A stretch of DNA of 64,000 nucleotides from a virus (Duplodnaviria; Caudoviricetes). Shown here piece after piece: positions 42,967 to 50,969 of the stretch (position 1 is the first letter of the stretch; each line of letters opens with the position of its first letter). The position numbers were made by a program, and so were the translations under genes. The notes beneath the pieces were generated by a model. The model made no database searches. It was not told the DNA's origin and saw nothing but the letters and a program-made list of their open reading frames with translations. Location of the stretch: positions 5,349-69,348 of the IMG/VR virus record IMGVR_UViG_3300049828_000292; one strand, given 5' to 3'.

Positions 42967-44082
42967 ATGAATCGCGCCGAGCTGGAGGCGCTGCTCAGCA
43001 ACATCAACGTGCAGGCGTTCCTGCGCGTTATTCGGGAAGGCGAGTCCGACCAGTCGGATCGAGCCTTCTTCATGCGGTACACGATGCACGGCCCGGCGTT
43101 CATCGACTCCCTGCTGGGAGGCCACCCCCGGATCCTCGAGCCGACCCCGACGGGGCAGAAGTCATCGGCTTCGGGGGCCTGGCAATTCACCATGACCACC
43201 TGGGATTACATCGGGAAGAAGTTCGGTCTGGACGACGACTTCAGCCGCGAGTCCCAGGCGCTGCACGCAGTGGCCTTGCTGGTCGACTGCGGTGCGATCT
43301 CGCCGATCCTGACCGGCGATCTTCACGCGGCGGTCTCCGCTGCGCGCCGGCACTGGGCTTCGCTGCCAGGCAGCCCGCTGCAGGATGGCGGCAGCAAGAT
43401 CGGGTGGGCGCGCGTGCAGAGTGTGTGGGACCAGTGGTCGAGGGGAGCTGCACCGATTCGTGATTCCGTGCCGGAGATCCCGGCTCAACCAGTCAAAGAG
43501 GAGGGGAACATGGCGCTGCCAGTGCCGTTGATCATCGCACTCGGGGAGTCGCTCTTGCGCTTCCTGCCGGCCTTCGGGTCTGGCAGCAAGGTCAGCAATC
43601 GCAACATCGAGATGACCCAGGAGCTGGGCAAGACTCTCATCGAGAAGGCGAAGGAGGTGGTGCCAGAGGCGCCGAACGAGCAGGGCGCCGTGCAGGCGAT
43701 CCTCGACGATCCGCTCCTGCAGAAGCGGTTCACCGCCGAGTGCGCGGTCAAGTGGGACGACATCGCTCCCTTCGTCGAGGCGGAAGAGAAGTCCCGCAAG
43801 GAAGCGCGCAACTTCATGCTCGAGATGACGAGCGACGGGCCGATGTGGCGTGCCGTAGGGTATGGTGTGCTGGTCGGCGTCACCGCCATGATCATCATCG
43901 TCGGCGGCGGCTGGATGCTGTGGGAAGCAACGATCTCCTCGTGGGCGTCAGACGCCATGCGGCAGGAGAACCAGGCCTTCCTGCGCAACGTGATCCTGAT
44001 CGTCGTGGGCTTCATCTTCGGTAGCAGCTACAGCTCGCACCGGAAAGACTCCGCGAAGCAGCGGGAGGAGGGCGGCGCATGA
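42967..44082 (+). CDS. lambda-type lysozyme/transglycosylase endolysin fused in frame to a holin-like membrane domain
   Basis: AFLRVIREGE, SSASGAWQF..TTW, DFS..SQ, WASLPG motifs; C-terminal TMs ending FIFGSS. Confidence 0.85.
   Translation: MNRAELEALLSNINVQAFLRVIREGESDQSDRAFFMRYTMHGPAFIDSLLGGHPRILEPTPTGQKSSASGAWQFTMTTWDYIGKKFGLDDDFSRESQALHAVALLVDCGAISPILTGDLHAAVSAARRHWASLPGSPLQDGGSKIGWARVQSVWDQWSRGAAPIRDSVPEIPAQPVKEEGNMALPVPLIIALGESLLRFLPAFGSGSKVSNRNIEMTQELGKTLIEKAKEVVPEAPNEQGAVQAILDDPLLQKRFTAECAVKWDDIAPFVEAEEKSRKEARNFMLEMTSDGPMWRAVGYGVLVGVTAMIIIVGGGWMLWEATISSWASDAMRQENQAFLRNVILIVVGFIFGSSYSSHRKDSAKQREEGGA
43510..44082 (+). CDS. holin-like product from an internal in-frame start (3TM-holin-like)
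   Basis: AGGAGG RBS 5 nt before in-frame ATG 43510; two hydrophobic segments and terminal GFIFGSS. Confidence 0.55.
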   Translation: MALPVPLIIALGESLLRFLPAFGSGSKVSNRNIEMTQELGKTLIEKAKEVVPEAPNEQGAVQAILDDPLLQKRFTAECAVKWDDIAPFVEAEEKSRKEARNFMLEMTSDGPMWRAVGYGVLVGVTAMIIIVGGGWMLWEATISSWASDAMRQENQAFLRNVILIVVGFIFGSSYSSHRKDSAKQREEGGA

Positions 44083-44612
44083 ACTGGCTGGTCTGGCTGT
44101 CTGGGGCGCTAATGCTGGCCCTTGTCGCTGTGCTGTGGCTGATGCGCGTAAAGCCCGGTGATGCGCCCCAGGTAGAGCACCCTCACCGAGATCGCGAGCG
44201 ACGCCTGGGAGGCGCGTACACAAGCCGGGACGAGCTTTGCAAGGCGATCGGTCTCGACTACCCCAGGGCCGTGCTGCTTGACGGCGGGGCGATCCACAGC
44301 GGGCTCACGCCGCCGGTGGTCTACTACTCGAGCCCGAAGGGTGGCGTGATGATGGGCGGGCCTATGCAGCCGACCGCGCGCGGGGCTCCTTGCTCCGGCT
44401 GCGGGAAGCCGCCTTCGCGGCCCGCGCCGCACGCACCTCCAGCTCAACCACCCGGCGCTCCAGAAACTGGGAGCGGGCCCGCAGCAGGTAGTTCTCTTTA
44501 CGCTCGGCCGCCAGCAGGCAGTTTTGCTCCAGCATCAGCTCAATCAGGAACTCCCGCAGCAGCGCGTTCAGATCAAGGCGTTGCTGTGCCCCAGAAGGTC
44601 GATCGAGCGTGA
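44079..44612 (+). CDS. N-terminally membrane-anchored protein at the end of the lysis cassette
   Basis: WLVWLSGALMLALVAVLWL TM; Pro-rich C-terminus overlaps a convergent gene. Confidence 0.55.
   Translation: MNWLVWLSGALMLALVAVLWLMRVKPGDAPQVEHPHRDRERRLGGAYTSRDELCKAIGLDYPRAVLLDGGAIHSGLTPPVVYYSSPKGGVMMGGPMQPTARGAPCSGCGKPPSRPAPHAPPAQPPGAPETGSGPAAGSSLYARPPAGSFAPASAQSGTPAAARSDQGVAVPQKVDRA
44362..44535 (-). CDS. small coiled-coil basic protein
   Basis: LLAAERKENYLLRARSQFLERRVVELE heptads; start uncertain (track gives 44676). Confidence 0.45.
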   Translation of the reverse strand: MLEQNCLLAAERKENYLLRARSQFLERRVVELEVRAARAAKAASRSRSKEPRARSAA

Positions 44613-44782
44613 TCCAGCTCGGCTGGTGCCGCCTCGTGGAGCCTCTCTCCGGTGTCCTTGCGGCACCACCATCCATGATCCCTCCCCCCGATGCGTAGCT
44701 GCATCTCGACGCCGTCCACCACTTCCTCCCTCGCGAAGTAGCTGTCTCGCCGGGCGGCGTCGAAGTTAATCGTGAACGTCAT
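44573..44782 (-). CDS. hypothetical protein
   Basis: ATGA overlap with the upstream gene. Confidence 0.65.
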   Translation of the reverse strand: MTFTINFDAARRDSYFAREEVVDGVEMQLRIGGRDHGWWCRKDTGERLHEAAPAELDHARSTFWGTATP

Positions 44783-45219
44783 AGCCCTTTGCGCTGCCGC
44801 AGCCTGGCGTAGTTTTGTTCTGCGATGTAGAACGCATCGGCGACCACGTCATCCATCGTCGATCTCGAGGTGGCTGTCGTCATCGCTTGCGCGCGCGCAT
44901 CCATCCCCAGGCTCAGGCACCGCTCGAACAGGCGGTCCATCTCATCGAACACGGGCGCGGCCTCCTTCGGCAGCAGCTCGTACTGATCCCTGAACCACTG
45001 CATCTGCCCAGCGACCTCAGCGCGGAACGTCTGCATCGAGGCGCGCTCGTTCTGCATCGACACGCGCTCGGCCTGAATCAGCGCGCGCTCGGCATCTGCC
45101 GCGTCGCACGCCGCCGTCCATCTCGCCGTCGAGGCGCGCGTGTCCTGAATCGCCTGCGCGTAGAGCCGCTCCAGCGGCGTGGGATTCGCCCCGAGGGCGG
45201 TGGTCAGATCAGCATCCAT
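44779..45219 (-). CDS. coiled-coil hypothetical protein
   Basis: AGGAG RBS; ORF track. Confidence 0.7.
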   Translation of the reverse strand: MDADLTTALGANPTPLERLYAQAIQDTRASTARWTAACDAADAERALIQAERVSMQNERASMQTFRAEVAGQMQWFRDQYELLPKEAAPVFDEMDRLFERCLSLGMDARAQAMTTATSRSTMDDVVADAFYIAEQNYARLRQRKGL

Positions 45220-45233
45220 TCATTTCTCCTCTG

Positions 45234-45488
45234 TCAGATAACGAACTCTGGGTCGGTGTAAAACGGTTCTGCCCCCTTCGGCAGCTCCTCATTCGTGTTG
45301 ATCACCCGCTCAACGTCGAGCAGGTTGTCCCACGTCGGCGCGCGCACGGCGCGCACATAGATGTACTCCTCGAACTCCCACGTTCCGTTCTCGAACGCGA
45401 GCTGGCGCGCGCGGTTGCGGGTCGGCGCGAAGACGAGGAGATGGGCCTCGCCATCGAGCGCGGTGTCCATCGCGTGCCACGCCTTCAT
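45234..45488 (-). CDS. hypothetical protein
   Basis: ORF track; coupled start. Confidence 0.7.
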   Translation of the reverse strand: MKAWHAMDTALDGEAHLLVFAPTRNRARQLAFENGTWEFEEYIYVRAVRAPTWDNLLDVERVINTNEELPKGAEPFYTDPEFVI

Positions 45489-45586
45489 AGGATGTGCAGC
45501 AGCCAGGCCGTCACGAAGACGACGGCGATGAGCGCCGTCGGCAGGGCGACGACCCAGAACCAGTCGTACTTCCAGACCGGCTTCAT
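45485..45586 (-). CDS. 33-aa single-TM protein (MKPVWKYDWFWVVALP...)
   Basis: Start re-called; ATGA overlap. Confidence 0.55.
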   Translation of the reverse strand: MKPVWKYDWFWVVALPTALIAVVFVTAWLLHIL

Positions 45587-45744
45587 CCCGTCACCGCAAG
45601 GATGATCAGGCGGAAGAACACCGGCAGCATGAGGCACAGGCCGAAGATCCTGATCGCTACCTCGTACCTCGACTCGAACGGCATCGATGCAATCAGCGAG
45701 CCGACGATGGCGAGGAACCACGATGCTGCCCATCCTTCGATCAC
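45583..45744 (-). CDS. 53-aa two-TM membrane protein, not in ORF track
   Basis: Translated by hand (VIEGWAASWFLAIVGSLIAS...RLIILAVTG); GTGA overlap. Confidence 0.55.
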   Translation of the reverse strand: MIEGWAASWFLAIVGSLIASMPFESRYEVAIRIFGLCLMLPVFFRLIILAVTG

Positions 45745-45863
45745 TTCTTCTCTCCCCACTTCAGCTCGGGCGTAGGGATCCGCTTCGTCTTCTTTGCGGA
45801 GTGCGCCTTCTTCGCGCCGTTCTTCTTGTGCTTCGGCAGCAGCACGGTCTTTCGTTCGGTCAT
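45741..45863 (-). CDS. 40-aa Lys-rich basic peptide, not in ORF track
   Basis: MTERKTVLLPKHKKNGAKKAHSAKKTKRIPTPELKWGEKK; ATGA overlap. Confidence 0.55.
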   Translation of the reverse strand: MTERKTVLLPKHKKNGAKKAHSAKKTKRIPTPELKWGEKK

Positions 45864-46072
45864 GTGCTCATCCTAGCGGGATGGAAGCGCTGCGCGCGCA
45901 CGGGATTCGGCTCGGTCAGGCCGAGCAGATAGGCGCGCGACCACACGGCACTCCTGGTGCGACCCAGCAGCGCAGCGGTGGCCTCGCATCCGATGGCACG
46001 GTAGTACTCGCGGAGGAGCCGAAGCTCCTCCGCTGACCACCGGCGTAGCTTGATGCCGGTGATGCCTGGCAC
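45860..46072 (-). CDS. Myb/SANT-like HTH protein
   Basis: WSAEELRLLREYY...A.LLGRTRSAVWSRA..LGL; GGAGG RBS with GTG at 46072. Confidence 0.7.
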   Translation of the reverse strand: MPGITGIKLRRWSAEELRLLREYYRAIGCEATAALLGRTRSAVWSRAYLLGLTEPNPVRAQRFHPARMST

Positions 46073-46073
46073 G

Positions 46074-46325
46074 TTAGACCTCCGGGTCAACCGGGTCGGG
46101 TTGCAGCGGCAGCTCAGCCTGCGGCGTGTCGCCCTCCTCGATGATCGTCACCTTCGGCAGAAGACGAACGAGATCGCCCTGCTCCGCGTAACGGGAAGAT
46201 CCGCCGAGGTGCATCACGGCCGTACGCAGCGCCCCGGCGGGGCTCTTCGCATTGACCAGTTGCTCGATGACGTCGGTGCCGTTCGGCGAGAACCGAACGA
46301 GGTAGATGCGCTTCGCTGCTGCCAT
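46074..46325 (-). CDS. hypothetical protein
   Basis: ORF track; TAATG coupling to recT. Confidence 0.7.
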   Translation of the reverse strand: MAAAKRIYLVRFSPNGTDVIEQLVNAKSPAGALRTAVMHLGGSSRYAEQGDLVRLLPKVTIIEEGDTPQAELPLQPDPVDPEV

Positions 46326-47263
46326 TACTGCTTCTCCTGTGGTTGCTGCTGGTTGACTGCGGGAACTGCGACTGTGTCTGGGATCTGTGCCGGGTCAAGC
46401 GTCGGCGACGGCGCGTTCTCTAAGGCCGGCGGATCGACCGGGCGCTCAGCGTCGGGGTGCTCCGCGTGCAACTCCCCCACGGCGCCTCCCGACATCTGCG
46501 TGAAGCCCATCGCCTGGTTGTCAGAGTCGACGAGCTTGTCGACCTCGGCCGTGTGCGGCAGCTGCTTGTAGATGCGCTTGATCACGCTCTTCACTGCCAT
46601 CTCACCAGGCCAGGTCGACCAGGGCCCCTTCTCCGCGCTCTTGCTGGCGTTCTTCACGCTGTCGAGATCGTGCCTGCCCATCACCTCGAGCTTCGGCAGC
46701 GAGCTGCCCTTCAGCCGCACCACGCAGTACGCGGCGATGATCTGGCCGCGCTCGCCCTCGCCGAGGTAAGGCTCATGTTCGAGCTTGACGTCGAGCCCGC
46801 GCGAGAACAGGAAGCGGTCCTTCTCGTAGACCGGAGCGGCGTCCAGGTACTCGAGGAGCGAGGTCTCCCACAGCTTCTTGATGAGCCCGCCCGACATCGG
46901 CAGGTACTGCACTGCCGGCACCCACACGTCGCCACCAGGCCGCTTCTGCTTCGTGCTGTAGATGTTGAACACAGCCTCGCGACCATCGGGCATCAGCCCG
47001 TCATGCGCTGCCTTCATGCACGCCAGGAGCAGCGATCGGCGATCGGCATCGAGCAGGGCTGGCGTCTGCTGCACGGCCGTCAGGACGACGCGGATGAACG
47101 TGTCGACCAGCTTGTCGCTGCCCAGCAAGACCTTCAGATCGGTGCGCATCTGCGGCCCGCTGAAGTAGTTGCGGAACTTCTCGTACGGCGTGATCTCGCG
47201 CGCCGGCGCAGCGGCGACGGCGGTGGTCATGCCCAGCTTCTCCTTCAATTTCTCGGTGCTCAT
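46325..47263 (-). CDS. recT: RecT-family single-strand annealing protein
   Basis: SLLLACMKAA.DGL.PDG.EA, QYLPM..GLIK, VYEKD.F, W.TWPGEMA.KSVIKR..KQLP motifs. Confidence 0.9.
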   Translation of the reverse strand: MSTEKLKEKLGMTTAVAAAPAREITPYEKFRNYFSGPQMRTDLKVLLGSDKLVDTFIRVVLTAVQQTPALLDADRRSLLLACMKAAHDGLMPDGREAVFNIYSTKQKRPGGDVWVPAVQYLPMSGGLIKKLWETSLLEYLDAAPVYEKDRFLFSRGLDVKLEHEPYLGEGERGQIIAAYCVVRLKGSSLPKLEVMGRHDLDSVKNASKSAEKGPWSTWPGEMAVKSVIKRIYKQLPHTAEVDKLVDSDNQAMGFTQMSGGAVGELHAEHPDAERPVDPPALENAPSPTLDPAQIPDTVAVPAVNQQQPQEKQ

Positions 47264-48273
47264 TCTTTCCCTTTCAGCAGGAAGCGCCTGAACTCGATCG
47301 TCTTCGTGCAGGCCTTGTACACATCCGGGTAGTTCGTCTTGACCAGGTCGTTGTCGAGGCGCTTCTGCGCCGACCCCTTCCAGGTCGCCAGCTCGTTGCC
47401 CTCGAGGTCGACGAGCGAATTGCTGGCGCCCATCGCGCGCTTGATCAGGAACTCCATCCCTTCCTGGGCGGCGGTGAGCAGCTTCAGCTCAGCGTTAATC
47501 GTGCGCAGCGAGCGGACGTGGGCGAGCGAGTCTGGAGTGCCGACCGTGATCGAGCCGTTGTCCTTCGGGAAGATGCGCGTGACATCGTCCGCGTTCTTCG
47601 GCTCCGGGATCCGCGGCGTCCCATCTCGAGTCGGCCGGATGTACAGCTCCCAGAACTGGATCGCCTTGTCGCGCATCATGGAGATCAGCGCCTCGTCGCG
47701 CTCGACCCGGTAGAGCACCAGGTTGTCCGCCCCGAAGAGGGCGGCAACGATCGTGCGCCGGCGGCCGGTCACGCCCAGGCCCCACTGCGCCTGCGCCAGG
47801 TACTCGAGCGGCATCTCGTCGCTGCCGTAGTTGCCCCAGGATCCAGACATGAACGGGTGGACGGTCTTGATCTCGCCGTTCTCGTTCTCCACTGCGAGCC
47901 AGTCTTCGATCTCGCCCTCGGCGTTCTCGACGCGCAGCGTGCCGCGCCACTCGAAGTCGACCTCGGCGGCGAAGTACGGGATCTCCGGATCAACGTAGCG
48001 GTTCGGTTGAGCGTCGGTCGAGCGAGCTGTGATCTCGATATGGGGTTGCTCGTCGCCGATCATCTCGAGAACCACTGGCTCGAGCCGCTTGCCTCGCTTC
48101 CAGCGCTTCTCCACCTCTGGCTTCACGATCTGAAGCTGACCTTCGGGCCAGCCGACCATGTCGTAGTACAGCTGTACGGGCGTCTTCCACTTGCTGATGC
48201 CCAGGATCGCGGAGATCGCCGACCCCCCGATGAACTGCTTGCGGTCATACTGCTCTGCGGGGATCAGGTTCAT
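47260..48273 (-). CDS. YqaJ-like viral recombinase exonuclease
   Basis: R..FIGGSAISAILGISKWKTP..LY, G..LEP, GEIKT, Y.AQ.QW.L.VTG motifs. Confidence 0.9.
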   Translation of the reverse strand: MNLIPAEQYDRKQFIGGSAISAILGISKWKTPVQLYYDMVGWPEGQLQIVKPEVEKRWKRGKRLEPVVLEMIGDEQPHIEITARSTDAQPNRYVDPEIPYFAAEVDFEWRGTLRVENAEGEIEDWLAVENENGEIKTVHPFMSGSWGNYGSDEMPLEYLAQAQWGLGVTGRRRTIVAALFGADNLVLYRVERDEALISMMRDKAIQFWELYIRPTRDGTPRIPEPKNADDVTRIFPKDNGSITVGTPDSLAHVRSLRTINAELKLLTAAQEGMEFLIKRAMGASNSLVDLEGNELATWKGSAQKRLDNDLVKTNYPDVYKACTKTIEFRRFLLKGKE

Positions 48274-48518
48274 TGCCCCCTCCTCAAAAGCATTTCGTCT
48301 GCCATGTCGTATGCGATCTTTGCGTTGAGCTGGCCGACCGTCATCCCCAGCTCGTGCGCGACCTCAAACTGACCGGCGCGAAATTCGTCATCCCAGCCTT
48401 GCGCCATCAGCGACTGGATCACCCGCGACGCAAAGAAGTCACGCAAGGACATGCCAGGCTCTCCCGCTAAGTTGTCTCGCGGAAACGCCGGGCCGCCATC
48501 TTTTCTGCTGGCGCTCAT
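48270..48518 (-). CDS. conserved phage protein (DGGPAFP...GMSLRDFFA...AY.MAD.ML family)
   Basis: Familiar lambdoid motif; start re-called at 48518. Confidence 0.75.
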   Translation of the reverse strand: MSASRKDGGPAFPRDNLAGEPGMSLRDFFASRVIQSLMAQGWDDEFRAGQFEVAHELGMTVGQLNAKIAYDMADEMLLRRGQ

Positions 48519-48697
48519 TGCGTCCACCCTGCGAACAGCGTCAGGCCGATGGCGATCGCCAGCAGCAGGACGACCCAGTCGCCGACGTCACGCCGGCCCC
48601 TGAAGTAGTCGAAGGGCAGACCACTCTCACGCGGCGCGTGGATATGGCTCTGTCGGATGCCATGCAGCGACCCGATACGGAAGTACCGCTCTCTCAT
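48515..48697 (-). CDS. small protein with a C-terminal TM
   Basis: AGGAG RBS; WVVLLLAIAIGLTLF. Confidence 0.65.
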   Translation of the reverse strand: MRERYFRIGSLHGIRQSHIHAPRESGLPFDYFRGRRDVGDWVVLLLAIAIGLTLFAGWTQ

Positions 48698-48714
48698 GTG
48701 ATCTCCTGGAATGG

Positions 48715-48748
48715 AAAAAAGTGGGGCGGGCTGCTGATGGCCCGCCCC
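48715..48748 (-). terminator. rho-independent terminator/attenuator at the head of the leftward recombination operon
   Basis: GGGGCGGGC/GCCCGCCCC 9-bp stem with T6 on the minus strand. Confidence 0.75.
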
Positions 48749-48758
48749 GGGAACGACG

Positions 48759-48854
48759 TCACCCCGTATGCCGTAGGACGACGACGATCTCCCGCACCGC
48801 TGAACTTCTGGGGAAGGGTGGCGCGAGAAGATTCTGAATGTGGGAAAGTATCAC
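48759..48854 (-). CDS. putative 31-aa leader peptide before the terminator
   Basis: AGGAGGC RBS then GTG; ends just before the hairpin. Confidence 0.4.
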   Translation of the reverse strand: MILSHIQNLLAPPFPRSSAVREIVVVLRHTG

Positions 48855-48964
48855 GGTTGCCTCCTGATCGAAGCATCGTACCCCGTTTGTGGGGCTGGCT
48901 CAAGCGACAGTTGCTAGCGCGAATATGGGTCTGCTAATCTGCCGGCCTCAAACCAGGGGGCAAC

Positions 48965-49153
48965 ATGAATCTGCTGCAGGCAATCCGCCGTGATCTGAAG
49001 GACGCAAACACGGCCCGGCTCAGGGCGATCTCGAAGAGGACTGGCGTGCCCATGAACACCGTCTGGCGCATCGTCAGTGGCACCTCACCGAACCCGCGGT
49101 ACAACAGCGTCTACCGACTGTCGAAGTACCGACGAGACTGGAAAACCCACTAA
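48965..49153 (+). CDS. Cro-like HTH regulator
   Basis: LRAISKRTGVPMNTVWRIVSG..PNP HTH; divergent from the recombination arm. Confidence 0.75.
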   Translation: MNLLQAIRRDLKDANTARLRAISKRTGVPMNTVWRIVSGTSPNPRYNSVYRLSKYRRDWKTH

Positions 49154-49171
49154 GCCACTCGGGAATGTCGA

Positions 49172-49579
49172 GTGGCCGCCCGCAAGGGGCCGCCGGCCCC
49201 TGACCCCTACCCGATCTTCACGGCGCTCTTGAGGCAACTCGGAGCGCCAGCTCCCGTTCGGGAGCATCCTGTCTGTTTCGACCGCAAGTTCCGCCTGGAC
49301 TACGCCTGGCCCGATCACGGGCGTCTGGCCGTCGAGGTGGAGGGCGGCCTCTGGTCGAAGGACAGAACCCGCTTCGCTCACTCCACCCCGACAGCCATCC
49401 AGCGCGACATGGAAAAGAACAACCTGTGCGTGCTGAACGGCTGGCGGGTTCTGCGCTTCACACCCGAGCAGCTCCCAGGAGGGGTGCCGCTCATCGTTCA
49501 ATTGCTGACTGGGGAAGGAAACAAGAATGCAACGCGAGAAGCTCCACCCGGGGAAGTGGTTCCCGTTCTACTCATCTGA
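49172..49579 (+). CDS. DUF559/Vsr-like PD-(D/E)XK endonuclease
   Basis: EH.V...RKFRLDYAWP...LAVEVEGG...RD.EK.N....GWRVLRF. Confidence 0.8.
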   Translation: MAARKGPPAPDPYPIFTALLRQLGAPAPVREHPVCFDRKFRLDYAWPDHGRLAVEVEGGLWSKDRTRFAHSTPTAIQRDMEKNNLCVLNGWRVLRFTPEQLPGGVPLIVQLLTGEGNKNATREAPPGEVVPVLLI

Positions 49580-50381
49580 CTTCATCGGTGCCACGGTCGG
49601 CCTCTCTCACCAGGAGGTGACCACCTACGCCTGGATGCTGATCCTGTACTACGAGCTGGGCCCCTTCCCGGCCGACCAGGTGCGCTGCTATCGCATCGCT
49701 CGATGCGAGTCCGACGAGCAGAAGCGCACCGTCGACTTCCTGCTGGATCGCTTCTTCATCCTGGTCGATGGCGAGTGGTATCAGAAGCGCGCCGAGTCCG
49801 AGAAGGTCAAGATGGCCCAGGTCAGCCAGAAGGCCAGGGACAAGGCGAACAAGCGGTGGCACCACGATGCTGCGCCGCATGATGCTGCAGCATTGCCGCA
49901 GCATAGCCCGGGCAATGCACGGGCAATGCCAGCCACAGCCACAGCCACAACCACAGCTACAGATAAGGCCTTAAAGACTGATCCGCCTTCGGCGGATAGT
50001 CAGATCGCTATCGCGATCCGACCGGCAGAGGTGTCCGAGCGGATCAAGTCCGATGCCCCCCAGCCGCCGCCTTGCCCGTACGGCGAGCTGGTCGAGCTGT
50101 ACCACCAGAACGTGCCGACCGGAGCCCGGGTGGCTTCCCTGAACGACAGCCGCAAGGGCCACATCAACGCCAGATGGCGGCAGGTCTGGGCGGATGAGCG
50201 GTTCGATCGGGCGGGCGGGCTCGACTTCTTCCGTGAGTTCTTCGCGAGAGTCGGGGAGTCGAAGTTCCTCACCGGGCAGGTCAAGGGACGGGACGGCGCG
50301 AAGCCGTTCCAGGTCAGCCTGCCGTGGCTGATGAACCCTGAGAATTTCTTGAAGGTAATCGAAGGGAGGTACAACTCGTGA
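49527..50381 (+). CDS. DUF1376 (YdaU-like) replication initiator
   Basis: WFPFY.SDFI..T..LS..E...Y..L...YY...P, FF.LVDG.W.QKR; C-terminal helical domain with WLMNPENF.KVIEG.Y. Confidence 0.8.
   Translation: MQREKLHPGKWFPFYSSDFIGATVGLSHQEVTTYAWMLILYYELGPFPADQVRCYRIARCESDEQKRTVDFLLDRFFILVDGEWYQKRAESEKVKMAQVSQKARDKANKRWHHDAAPHDAAALPQHSPGNARAMPATATATTTATDKALKTDPPSADSQIAIAIRPAEVSERIKSDAPQPPPCPYGELVELYHQNVPTGARVASLNDSRKGHINARWRQVWADERFDRAGGLDFFREFFARVGESKFLTGQVKGRDGAKPFQVSLPWLMNPENFLKVIEGRYNS
49862..49960. repeat. iteron-like repeats in the initiator gene (lambda-type ori candidate)
   Basis: GATGCTGC x2, GCATTGCC inverted against GGCAATGC x2, (G/A)CCACA tandem array. Confidence 0.55.
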
Positions 50382-50932
50382 GTGGCAAGCTGAAGCAGTT
50401 CCTCAAGAAACCCCCGGCGGAAGACGCGCCGTCAACCAAGTCGATCATCGACTGCACCGTCAACGGCTGCCCGCTTCCTGGCGTGCACGGCGTCGGCCCT
50501 GGCCGCAGTATCTGCTGCGTGCACGATGGCGAAGACCCATCGCGCTGGCCCGAACAGACCGGCCGCATCAAGAACCGGCTGCGCCTGTTCCATGCCGTGC
50601 TCGACATGACGAACGCCCCACCGAACATGTCGGTGCCGCCGGCGCTGGTCGACCGCTTCGTGGACGCAGGCCTTCCAGAGCCGCTGCCGCAGCGTGATCT
50701 GCATGGCATCAAAGGTCGGCAAGTACCCACCGCCCGCAGCTATGGTGCGCAACTGAAGCGCGAGCTGATCGTCGCTTGCCGTGGGCCGCGGGAGGCCCCA
50801 GCGAACGATCGTCAGGCGCGCGATGCCGGCCATGACGGCTGGCTCACTGGTCTCGTGAAGTCGTTGACTCACTCGGAGAGGAAAGGAGGTGATCGTTATG
50901 GCGAAGTCGAAAGCACCGCCCGCGAAGGGTAA
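50378..50932 (+). CDS. Cys/His-containing hypothetical protein after the initiator (possible helicase loader)
   Basis: CTVNGC...H...CCVH; GGGAGG RBS with GTG. Confidence 0.65.
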   Translation: MSGKLKQFLKKPPAEDAPSTKSIIDCTVNGCPLPGVHGVGPGRSICCVHDGEDPSRWPEQTGRIKNRLRLFHAVLDMTNAPPNMSVPPALVDRFVDAGLPEPLPQRDLHGIKGRQVPTARSYGAQLKRELIVACRGPREAPANDRQARDAGHDGWLTGLVKSLTHSERKGGDRYGEVESTAREG

Positions 50933-50969
50933 GCCGGCGCCGTTCAAGCCGGGCAAGAAGGGCTGCTAG
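50898..50969 (+). CDS. 23-aa Lys/Pro-rich micropeptide MAKSKAPPAKGKPAPFKPGKKGC
   Basis: Extended RBS AAAGGAGGTGATC; stop TAG overlaps the next GTG. Confidence 0.6.
   Translation: MAKSKAPPAKGKPAPFKPGKKGC

Noticed and set aside
49931-49960. GCCACA tandem repeat as a phase-variation microsatellite
   Set aside because: The unit is 6 bp (encodes ATATAT), so slippage keeps the frame; it fits a linker or ori feature of DUF1376 genes.
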